57,396 bases of DNA, from the NCBI GenBank assembly GCA_016930515.1, contig JAFGGO010000162.1, forward strand, positions 1 to 57,396, read 5' to 3'. The notes below the pieces were generated by a model that was not told where the DNA came from, made no database searches, and saw nothing but the letters and a program-made list of their open reading frames with translations. A program made the position numbers and the translations under genes. This DNA is from Promethearchaeota archaeon (GTDB lineage Archaea; Asgardarchaeota; Lokiarchaeia; Sigyniarchaeales; SOKP01). This document shows, piece by piece, positions 38,760 through 47,525 of this stretch (its first letter is position 1; every line of letters starts with the position of its first letter).

Positions 38760-40562
38760 TTAGTTGTGGGGATTTTCCTTTTTCTTTTCCAGTTGAAGCT
38801 TGGTCTCTGGAGTCAATTCAATACCCAAAACTTCTAATTGTTCATCGGTCGCTGGAGAAGGTGCGTCCCCCAAGGGTAAAACGGCCTTCTTTGTTTTTGG
38901 AAACGCAATGACCTCTCGAATGCCAGGTTCGTCGACCATAATCATGACCAAACGGTCCAAACCAATTGCCAAACCACCATGAGGAGGAGCACCATATTTT
39001 AGAGCTTCTATAAGGAACGAGAAGTTTTGCTCGGCAATTTCGGGGGGTATTTCGAGAGTTTTAAACACTCTTTCTTGAATCTCGGGTTTGTGAATACGGA
39101 TACTACCACCACCAATTTCGTATCCATTTAAAACGATATCGTAAGCGTTCGCAAGAGCATCCTCAGGATTGGTATCAAAAGTATCTAAGAATTCTGGTTT
39201 ACAAGAGGTAAACGGATGATGTACAGCCGTCCATCGCCTTTCTTCTTCGCTCCATTCGAATAGTGGAAAGTCAACAACCCAAAGAAAGTTAAATTTATCT
39301 TTTGGTACTAGGTTCATGTCGTTTCCCAACTTAATCCTTAGTTCACCCAATCCCCTGTACACATTAGAGCTTTTTCCACCAGCTAAGATCACTAAATCGC
39401 CGTCTTTGGCCTTTAAGCGCTTGAATATATTTTTTATCACGTCATCGCTGAGAAACTTCGTCAGTGGGCTGACAAATTCACCATTGATCAATTTAATATT
39501 AGCCAATTCCTTTGTCTTAAACTTTTGAACATAAGATCGCCACTTGTTAAACACCTTGTTAGAGATGTCTGCATTCTTTTCAATTTTTATTGCACTAATG
39601 ATTCCGTGTTTTTGTTCGAACACTTCCTTAAAAATTGAAACATCCTTGGGAATAAGATCGGTAATACCAACGAGTTCCAATCCAAAGCGCGTGTCAGGCT
39701 TGTCCACGCCAAAGCGGGACATTGCTTCTTTATATGACATCCGTGGAAATGGGGTCTTGATGTTCTTGTTCAGGATGACTTTAAATAAATGCTTGATCAA
39801 TCCCTCCACGACTGAAATCACATCGTCTTGGTTTACGAACGACATTTCTAGGTCAATTTGCGTGAATTCAGGCTGTCTTTCTGGCCGCAAATCCTCGTCT
39901 CGAAGGCATCGAGCGATCTGGTAATATTTTTCGAAACCAGATATCATTAACATTTGTTTAAACAATTGAGGAGATTGGGGTAATGCGTAAAATTTTCCCT
40001 GGTGCACCCTACTTGGAACGAGATAATCTCGGGCACCTTCAGGCGTACTTTTCGTCAATAAAGGTGTCTCGATTTCGAAGAATCCTAAATTATCAAAATA
40101 TTTCCTCGTTTCGGAGGTTATCTTTGCTCTCGTTTTAATGTTTTCCTGCAACTTGGGATGTCTTAAATCTATATAGCGATATTGCAATCTTACTTTATGT
40201 TTGGCCTTATCCTTATCTTTAAAGTGATACGGAAGGGGTTCTGCCGTGTTTAAAATTTCGAGCGTCTCAATTTCGACTTCTATATCGCCCGTTGCAAGAT
40301 CCTTGTTCTCCGTTCCCTCGGGACGATTTCTCACGAATCCACCAACCTCAATCACTGACTCGCGATTGAGCGCCTTGATCTTCTCGTTAAGTTCTTCGTT
40401 TATTTCGTCTCTCTTGGTAACAACTTGAGTGATGCCCTCCCAATCTCTTAAATCAATGAAATAAGTCGTCTTATGTTCCCTGATTGCGTGACACCACCCC
40501 GCCACGGTTACTTTTTTGCCCACATCGGATTTCCTTAACGCTCCACACGAAATTTGTTTCAT
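38760..40562 (-). CDS. aspS: Aspartyl-tRNA synthetase, bacterial type with GAD insertion, probably non-discriminating
   Basis: 600 aa; STPEGARDYLVPSR, ALPQSPQLFKQ, RDEDLR..RQPEFTQIDLE, GGGSIRIH, YGAPPHGG.A.GLDR; GAD insert present. Confidence 0.95.
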   Translation of the reverse strand: MKQISCGALRKSDVGKKVTVAGWCHAIREHKTTYFIDLRDWEGITQVVTKRDEINEELNEKIKALNRESVIEVGGFVRNRPEGTENKDLATGDIEVEIETLEILNTAEPLPYHFKDKDKAKHKVRLQYRYIDLRHPKLQENIKTRAKITSETRKYFDNLGFFEIETPLLTKSTPEGARDYLVPSRVHQGKFYALPQSPQLFKQMLMISGFEKYYQIARCLRDEDLRPERQPEFTQIDLEMSFVNQDDVISVVEGLIKHLFKVILNKNIKTPFPRMSYKEAMSRFGVDKPDTRFGLELVGITDLIPKDVSIFKEVFEQKHGIISAIKIEKNADISNKVFNKWRSYVQKFKTKELANIKLINGEFVSPLTKFLSDDVIKNIFKRLKAKDGDLVILAGGKSSNVYRGLGELRIKLGNDMNLVPKDKFNFLWVVDFPLFEWSEEERRWTAVHHPFTSCKPEFLDTFDTNPEDALANAYDIVLNGYEIGGGSIRIHKPEIQERVFKTLEIPPEIAEQNFSFLIEALKYGAPPHGGLAIGLDRLVMIMVDEPGIREVIAFPKTKKAVLPLGDAPSPATDEQLEVLGIELTPETKLQLEKKKENPHN

Positions 40563-40720
40563 TTACGACACGCTTCTGTTATTGATTAGTTCTATTACAA
40601 TCTTTTAATTTTCTAAATGCTAAAGTGGTGTTTAGTAAAAATAATTTTCGATTCAACCTTTAAAAACAAAGGCACATAACATATTATAAAAGAGACTATT
40701 TTTTCGATTTTGATCGTATC

Positions 40721-41647
40721 ATGACGGAAGATTTCAAGATTATATTGGAGTCCTATATTAAAGCGGGAAAAGCGGTTGTTGCCGCTAAAAAGTTGGCTAA
40801 AAAACTCGTTGAGCCAGGTGCCAAGTTCTTGAATATCGCAGAGGAATGTGAAAGCGAAATTCTAAAGAACGGCACGGAACTAGCGTTTCCAATTAACATG
40901 TCCCTAAACGAACACGCCGCTCACTATAGCCCGACTATCGGGGATCAAACAATCGTGCCCGAAAAAGGACTACTTAAAATTGATTTAGGTGCACATTACA
41001 ACGGTTATATCGCAGATTCTGCGTTTACAATAAATCTAGACGAAGATCCAGCCCTTCAGAACTATATTGACGCTGCCAACGAGGGACTTGAAGCAGCTAT
41101 CGAAAGATTCACGCCAGGCACGCTCTTATACGAGTTAGGGGAGGCTATAGAAGATAAGATTTTAAAAAGAGGTTTAAAACCCATCACGAACTTAGGAGGA
41201 CATCAACTCAAGCAATACGACTTGCATGCCGGGCCTTTCATTCCAAACCACAAGGACACACACCACGATAAAATGTTAGAACCAGGAGACGCTTACGCGT
41301 GCGAACCATTTTCGACATCTGGAGCGGGTTTGGTCGTGAACGGGAAGCATTCTTATATTTATAGACTCGATAAAAAAGTAAAAAAAAACATGAGCTACGA
41401 AGACAAAAATTACATGAGCAAGATAGAGAAAATCTGCGGGAGACTCCCGTTTTCTCCCAGGATCTTGGCAAGCACGGACACAATTCCAAGGGCAAAAATA
41501 GATCGAGTAATTAATAATTTCGTCAGGAAACAAGTTCTCGCTCATTACCCTATTTTAATCGAGCGAACAGGTGCCTTGGTGGCACAACAAGAGCACACTA
41601 TCGTGTTGGACATGAATGGTAATACAATTGTCACCACCAGGGAATGA
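40721..41647 (+). CDS. map: Methionine aminopeptidase type II
   Basis: AFPIN, AAHYSP, KIDLGAH.NGYIADSA, NLGGH, LHAG, CEPF, QQEHT. Confidence 0.95.
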   Translation: MTEDFKIILESYIKAGKAVVAAKKLAKKLVEPGAKFLNIAEECESEILKNGTELAFPINMSLNEHAAHYSPTIGDQTIVPEKGLLKIDLGAHYNGYIADSAFTINLDEDPALQNYIDAANEGLEAAIERFTPGTLLYELGEAIEDKILKRGLKPITNLGGHQLKQYDLHAGPFIPNHKDTHHDKMLEPGDAYACEPFSTSGAGLVVNGKHSYIYRLDKKVKKNMSYEDKNYMSKIEKICGRLPFSPRILASTDTIPRAKIDRVINNFVRKQVLAHYPILIERTGALVAQQEHTIVLDMNGNTIVTTRE

Positions 41648-41688
41648 AAATTAACCGCTGGTGATTTGATAGAAAGAAGCGATAATAA

Positions 41689-42528
41689 ATGGAAGAAAAA
41701 GACTTGTCTCAAGATAATTTCTTAGCTATCGTGCTCTGTGCAGGTCTTGGTTCGAGAATGGGCGAACTTGCCAATATCTGCCCTAAACCCCTATTAAAAC
41801 CTGAATCATTAAATGGAAAATCTATATTGCAGGTATCGATAGAGAACCTCTCAAAATTCGATTTTAAGGAAATATTCGTTGTTATAGGCCATCTAAAAGA
41901 ACAGATAACGAATTTCGTTAAAGAATTAAGTTTGAAAGTTAATATAGTCGATTCCAAAGAAGAATATAAAAAGGGACCATTAGATTCGCTTCTTTCAGCA
42001 CTAAAATCGTGTAAAATAAGCGAATATCGTAAAGAAAAAGAAAAAAAAAAACACATTCTTGTTCTTCCAGGCGATACTATATTTGACGAGGCTTTAATTA
42101 ACGCAATAATATCCAAGTTACAACGGACAAGCACGAATTCAAAAGAAAAACCAACTCTTTTTTTTAGAGAAATTACGACTAATTATTTGCGTGAGAGCCT
42201 TAAATGTCACAAACTTCCGTTTTTATTTTCAACGATCTCGTTTAAAAAAGACCAAGATATAATCTTTGTGGATACCATCAAGCAATTGTCGCTTGAAAGC
42301 TTAAATAAATCCGAATCGCAAGTTCAACAGGTGATACCCATTTTTGCGTTTCCCATATCGTTTATAGAGAGAATTTTGGCATTAGAACCTAAATTAAAGG
42401 AACGAACATTAGTTGCATTAATCAACCACTCTTTATCGAATGGCGAAGAGATCTTGGGTTTAAAGCTCGATCCTAATCTCCACTTTTACGATATTGACGA
42501 GAAAGGAGATTTGAACGCAATTCATTGA
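41689..42528 (+). CDS. Nucleotidyltransferase-family protein (divergent)
   Basis: AIVLCAGLGSRM...PKPLL, LPGD, C-terminal FYDIDEKGDL. Confidence 0.75.
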   Translation: MEEKDLSQDNFLAIVLCAGLGSRMGELANICPKPLLKPESLNGKSILQVSIENLSKFDFKEIFVVIGHLKEQITNFVKELSLKVNIVDSKEEYKKGPLDSLLSALKSCKISEYRKEKEKKKHILVLPGDTIFDEALINAIISKLQRTSTNSKEKPTLFFREITTNYLRESLKCHKLPFLFSTISFKKDQDIIFVDTIKQLSLESLNKSESQVQQVIPIFAFPISFIERILALEPKLKERTLVALINHSLSNGEEILGLKLDPNLHFYDIDEKGDLNAIH

Positions 42529-42570
42529 TTTACAAATCCGAACAATGTTTTATTTCATATCACATTTTTC

Positions 42571-42586
42571 AAAAAAAGAAAAAAAG
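42571..42586 (-). terminator. Oligo-T terminator
   Basis: Plus-strand AAAAAAAGAAAAAAAG gives a minus-strand T tract directly after the 3' arm of the terminal helix. Confidence 0.55.
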
Positions 42587-42951
42587 AGGACAATAGTAAT
42601 TCAATGATGTGCTGAATTACTATCTTTAACGCTAAAATTCACCTGTCATACTGGTGAGTTCCAACCGCAAGAGCTTGTTTCAAGACCTCAACACGCGTAC
42701 ATTAAACCACTTAACCGTGTCAATGTTTATCGAGCCGTGGTCGGATCAGGTTGTCACTGCTTCAAGTATCAGAGAACTTCGGCGCGATGACGAAATAAGG
42801 TCTTTTATCGTACGATAAAAGGGCTGATGGAAGTAAAAATGAATTTAGAGACTGATAATCCAAAAAAATATCAAATACTGGTTATTCCTTAACGGATATT
42901 AAAATTGTATTTATGGTTTTAACCAATGCATTACTTTTTACTATTGTCCAC
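42586..42951 (-). ncRNA. Candidate structured ncRNA of about 365 nt, family unknown
   Basis: ORF-free, locally more GC-rich gap. 12-bp terminal inverted repeat (42588-42599 / 42938-42949), several internal hairpins, TATA box about 23 nt upstream, oligo-T run immediately downstream on the minus strand. Confidence 0.62.
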
Positions 42952-42971
42952 TATACTAATCGTAATTCTCC

Positions 42972-42986
42972 TATATAAATCTTCGG
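42972..42986 (-). promoter_or_regulatory. Archaeal BRE/TATA promoter for the candidate ncRNA
   Basis: Minus strand reads CGAAGA-TTTATATA, with the 5' arm of the terminal helix (GGAC) about 23 nt downstream. Confidence 0.6.
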
Positions 42987-43049
42987 TTGATAGTTTATTA
43001 CTGATTTCTTTCACGAGATAGGATTAGACAAAAGTGTGAATTAGAACTA

Positions 43050-43886
43050 TTACTTGACGAAATCTGAATAACGAGGTTTTACCAACAAGCCCGCAAATAC
43101 TACTAGAAAAATCGACAAATCCACGATTTCGCTAAAGACAATATAGGTTGCCGTGAGTCCAAGCAGTGTCTGGGCCACTGGGCGTAATATTTGGGACATT
43201 AGATACAATAAAAAAGAAACGCAGAGCAAGAGGGAATGAACTTGGGTCAGAAGCTTGTTCCTGTAAGTAAAGGCAAATATTAAAGCTATCATGAGAATGG
43301 AAGGAATCACGATCAAGGGCAGGATGTAGCGAGACGAGTGCACATCCAAAAAAAATACGACCACAAGAAGCTCAAGGGTAACGACTAGACCAAGGATAAC
43401 GGCTTTTACTTTATTACGGCTCCTTTTTGATTCGAGCTTGACCTTAGTTTTATAGGATGTAATAGCGTATAAGATAACTTCGAGACTTAACACGTATAGC
43501 GGAACGAGATCAAGAACGGCAACAATGTAACGAAGCTTGTATACGAGATCAAACGCGCTAGTAGTTGCCGTGAAAAAGATGAGATTATAAAGCAAGTCGA
43601 GCGACTTTCCAAACACGAGAATTGCGAAAAATATTCCAAATAAGAACGGAATGTCGTCGTAAAATTGCTTTTCGGCTTTAAACCACCGCCTGAACATTGT
43701 CAAAGCCATGAAAGCCAACACGAGCATCCGGAGAGTGATGATGAGAACCACGAAAAAGCCGCCCTCTATGGTTTGATACGCATAGATGATAGCTTGAGCA
43801 TTAATTAAATATAAAATTAATACGCCAAAACATCCAAATATACTGGTAACAGCAATGCTGACCTTTTTGACAACAACCGAGTTCAT
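43050..43886 (-). CDS. Multi-pass (7-8 TM) membrane protein of unknown function
   Basis: Hydrophobic helices throughout 278 aa. Confidence 0.78.
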   Translation of the reverse strand: MNSVVVKKVSIAVTSIFGCFGVLILYLINAQAIIYAYQTIEGGFFVVLIITLRMLVLAFMALTMFRRWFKAEKQFYDDIPFLFGIFFAILVFGKSLDLLYNLIFFTATTSAFDLVYKLRYIVAVLDLVPLYVLSLEVILYAITSYKTKVKLESKRSRNKVKAVILGLVVTLELLVVVFFLDVHSSRYILPLIVIPSILMIALIFAFTYRNKLLTQVHSLLLCVSFLLYLMSQILRPVAQTLLGLTATYIVFSEIVDLSIFLVVFAGLLVKPRYSDFVK

Positions 43887-44018
43887 ATTTGATAATTTTA
43901 TTTCATTATTTTAAAGGGCACTAATATATCTGCATTAAAATCTAAAGCACCCTCTTGCAGAAAAACATAATAAACACATCTTTATTAATTAGGATCAAAA
44001 AATTCAACTTCTATACCA

Positions 44019-44567
44019 ATGGGTTTTATAAAACATATCCAGATACTCATAATTACCATAATTAATTTGATGAAAATCGTAATTGGGAAAAAATTACACT
44101 CTAGCTTTATAGGAAGCATTATAGAAATAATTGGAGGGTGCCTCCCTATTGCCGCTAGAATGACATTAGTTACCATCGGACCACTACCCATACATGCTCG
44201 GTTGTTAGTTTGGGGATTTGGGTATTTAAGTATTAGCGCAGGATCAACTTCGGTTTCGATTAATATCTTTGACGCCTCTTCTGTACGATTCATTCTCTTA
44301 GGATTTGTTTCCAGCGTTTTAATAATCGCATGTACTATACTAGGGAAAAAAGAGAAAATCAGTTCCAAGGTTCTTGGAATCTTAATGCTCCTTTTTGGCG
44401 TTCTGATCATGCTCGCTCCGATCCAGTTCTAAGCGTTCAATCCCGAATTCTTTAGTAGTGGATATGGATTTGACGCGTTAACCCTTAGCATTGGAGCTTT
44501 TGTGATGATTATTGGCGGAGCATTAGGTGTCATTGCGGGCGCAATCATAGTTGCTAAAAAGAAATGA
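44019..44567 (+). pseudogene. Membrane protein interrupted by an in-frame TAA
   Basis: After TAA 44430-44432 the frame continues AFNPEFFSSGYGFDALTLSIGAFVMIIGGALGVIAGAIIVAKKK*, a clean final TM helix with a basic end. Confidence 0.65.
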
Positions 44568-44844
44568 ACATGATTGTATTTTCTTGCGAAAAATCATTTA
44601 AATCTGTTTTTTGTTCATCGTTTAAAATTCAAACAAAAACTTTATAGAATTAAATTAACCAATTTGATTACATTCTTGAGTCCTTGATAGAAATGGTTTT
44701 TTTGCTAACACCATCAGCACTCTAACTATATTGGATTTTTTAGAAAATATTTCACTTTTCTGCCAAATGATTTTTTATTATACCTAAAATTCGATTAACC
44801 CAATAAATCAATATTGCTTATAAATGACTTTTAGGTAAAAAAAG

Positions 44845-46110
44845 ATGGGAAAACCTTTTAAAATACTATTTGCAATTATCTTGGTCGTATCTCTTGCTCT
44901 TGGAGGGCTATTAATATATTTTTTAAGCACCCTACAGTCTCCAGAGAATCCTCCATTAATTGACAATATCGATCCAACGGTTCAGATAATTAGCCCAGAA
45001 GATGGGAGAATATATGCAGACTCCACGCAATTAGTAATTATAGAAGCAACAGACGATGGTGTGATTGATGCAATCTGGTACGAATGGAATGGAGTTAACG
45101 AGACATACACGACATCAATAAACATTACTTTCAACGAGGGTTTAAACACCATTAATGCGTGGGCAAACGATACTTCTGGAAATGTGGCTAAAGAATCCAC
45201 GACTTTTACGATTTATATCCCTAGCGGGGGCGATTTCATATCCCGTTGGGACACAACTCATTTTGGAGCGAGTAATAGCACCCAGATCTTGCTCCCCTTA
45301 GAGGAATCCGGTATTTACGATTTTATGGTTTACTGGGGAGATGAAACCCAGGACCACATTACGGAATGGGACCAGCCCGAAGTAAATCACACCTACGCTG
45401 TAGGAGGTGAGTATTCGATACGAATCAACGGAACTATTGTCGGATGGCGCTTTGGCTGGGGAGGCGATTGCCTGAAATTGCTCGAGATCGAGCAATGGGG
45501 ATGCTTGCGCTTGGGAAACAACGGATTGTACTTCGCAGGGTGTGGATATTTAGAAGTTACTGCAAGTGATATCCCCGATTTGACGGAAACTACAAACCTC
45601 CATGGAATGTTCTTCCTTTGTCAGGAACTCTATGTGGAAGGTATTAACGATTGGGACCTATCAAGAGTGACTAACACGAGTTATATGTTCTATCAGGCAT
45701 CCATGTTTGACCAAGATATAAGCGGCTGGAACACATCGAGCGTCACGGACATGAGATGGATGTTTGAAGGTACCGTGTTTTTCAACCAAGACATCAGTAA
45801 TTGGGATGTGTCGAGCGTAACGACTATGAACCACATGTTTGAAAGTGCAATAAGCTTCGATCAAGATCTTGGCGCTTGGAACGTGTCGAATGTTTCAGAC
45901 ATGGCTAGCATGTTCGGATTCATTACTCTTTCAAACGCAACATACGATAGCATTCTCATTGGATGGGCGAACTTTTCACCCAACTTACAAACGGGCGTTT
46001 ACTTTAGTGCGGGAAACTCCTTACATTCAATTTCAACGGAAGTTTTAGCTGCGAAAGCCGTACTTGAGGGAACCCACTCTTGGACTATTTCAGATGGAAT
46101 GCCACCCTAA
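44845..46110 (+). CDS. Membrane-anchored surface protein: Ig-like domain plus DUF285/BspA-type repeats
   Basis: N-terminal TM, DPTVQIISP...GLNTINAWANDTSGN, repeats FNQDISNWDVSSVTTMNHMF. Confidence 0.88.
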   Translation: MGKPFKILFAIILVVSLALGGLLIYFLSTLQSPENPPLIDNIDPTVQIISPEDGRIYADSTQLVIIEATDDGVIDAIWYEWNGVNETYTTSINITFNEGLNTINAWANDTSGNVAKESTTFTIYIPSGGDFISRWDTTHFGASNSTQILLPLEESGIYDFMVYWGDETQDHITEWDQPEVNHTYAVGGEYSIRINGTIVGWRFGWGGDCLKLLEIEQWGCLRLGNNGLYFAGCGYLEVTASDIPDLTETTNLHGMFFLCQELYVEGINDWDLSRVTNTSYMFYQASMFDQDISGWNTSSVTDMRWMFEGTVFFNQDISNWDVSSVTTMNHMFESAISFDQDLGAWNVSNVSDMASMFGFITLSNATYDSILIGWANFSPNLQTGVYFSAGNSLHSISTEVLAAKAVLEGTHSWTISDGMPP

Positions 46111-46383
46111 TTTCTTGAATAGAAGCATGAATTAAACAAAAATAACCACTTTTTTTATTAGATCTTATTTTTTCTTTTTTAATCGTATTGATCACATATA
46201 TTTTTATTATTTCAATTCTTTACCATTCGCCTTTATATATGCAGGTGGAATCTATTTAATTGTAGAGAAACAAACCATGAAACGCAAAAATCTGGGTTTC
46301 TCAAAGCTGTAAAAAAAATCCAAAATTAAATAAGATACAAAAAGCAAAACTTGATAAAAAAAAGCAATGCGCCAAACCCAAGG

Positions 46384-47178
46384 ATGGAAAGTTCCAGCAG
46401 GAGAATTGAAGATTACACGCTTCAAGAGATCCAATATCCTCACGCGTGCGTTATCTGCCACTCTTTGACTTGTCCCACGTGTGGTGGGAGCATTTCAGGA
46501 GAGGACCAATGCCGCGAGGATTGTCCTCATTGTAATTATGCGTATCATCGCCATTGCTGGGAAAAGACCATTCAATTCATGGGAAAATGCGCGCTCTGCT
46601 TAAGAGATCCCCTTTATCAAGCGAAACTTAAACTAAGCTTGCGCAACGCGTTAGCCTTAATTGAAGAAAAAGCGAAAAAATACGAGCGCATCATGCAAGA
46701 GCTTGAAAGTCCCTCAATAACGCGCTATCAATCCCCAATCCCTTCCATGGATTCAGAGAGATTAATTAGCGTTTTTCACTACGACCGATGCGATCAAAAA
46801 GAATTGGAAGGCTTCATCAACGGGAAAATATATTTAAGAAGGGATTTGAAGAAATGTGGGAGTCTTGATGGAAAAACGATTGATTTTGGAAACGAACAAC
46901 ACATTCTAAGAGACGATAACACGATTTTTGTAAGATATAAAGACGACGAGGAAGGAAAGATATGGGAGGCGGGATACATCCAAAACAACGTGATATACGC
47001 ACGGGGAATGTTTTATGGAATAAATTACGATATTATCAAAACGATATTTTCGAAAGAGAGAGGCGAGTTCTACGACGAGAATGGAAGGTTGCTGCTCAAG
47101 CTAGAAGGAAACTTGAGTGCGCTCGAAACCATCGATTATTTCGGGATCGCATGTCGTTTCCTTGAAATATTTCTATAG
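46384..47178 (+). CDS. RING-like Zn-finger protein (prokaryotic RING type) with coiled coil and C-terminal beta domain
   Basis: CVIC...CPTC...CPHCNYAYHRHCW...CALC. Confidence 0.7.
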   Translation: MESSSRRIEDYTLQEIQYPHACVICHSLTCPTCGGSISGEDQCREDCPHCNYAYHRHCWEKTIQFMGKCALCLRDPLYQAKLKLSLRNALALIEEKAKKYERIMQELESPSITRYQSPIPSMDSERLISVFHYDRCDQKELEGFINGKIYLRRDLKKCGSLDGKTIDFGNEQHILRDDNTIFVRYKDDEEGKIWEAGYIQNNVIYARGMFYGINYDIIKTIFSKERGEFYDENGRLLLKLEGNLSALETIDYFGIACRFLEIFL

Positions 47179-47309
47179 ATAATTTGATTGAATCTATCAT
47201 CGATTAGTAAAAAAGTATATTGTACCATTGTTTATTTTAATACCTCTAAAAGTCCTATTCCATAATAGCTTTAAGCTAATTATTAATAAATTCCCCTTTT
47301 AATAGAAAA

Positions 47310-47402
47310 TAGAACACTTAAAGCGTAGCTAATATGTGGGGAATTTTGAGGATGATATATCGTTCAACCAAGACATTGGAAATTTAAGCGTATTTAATGT
47401 AA
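47310..47402 (+). pseudogene. Eroded DUF285 repeat remnant
   Basis: Reads *NT*SVANMWG/..DISFNQDIGNLSVFNV, compared with WNTSSVTDMRWMFEGTVFFNQDISNWDVSSV at 45727-45820. Shares ttcaaccaagacat exactly. Confidence 0.55.
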
Positions 47403-47525
47403 TATATTATAGACTTAATACTAGGTATTTTCAAAAAAATCGTAAAGTTTTTTATTTTTATGACATAGAGATCTTTAAATAGAAAATAAAATGGTAACAA
47501 AAAACAAGTTTAGAGTGAACAAAAA

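Noticed and set aside
42604-42705. Plus-strand mini-ORF with two in-frame TGA codons (MMC*ITIF...YW*VP...) as a selenoprotein
   Set aside because: No resemblance to known selenoprotein families, and it lies within the structured RNA candidate.
42586-42951. RNase P RNA, SRP RNA, tmRNA, SECIS or MITE identity for the structured region
   Set aside because: No P4 consensus, no SRP helix-8 motif, no tRNA-like ends. The ATGA/TGAT pair near 42787-42828 lacks a proper SECIS helix II and there is no upstream selenoprotein. No target-site duplication flanks the inverted repeat. Left unassigned.
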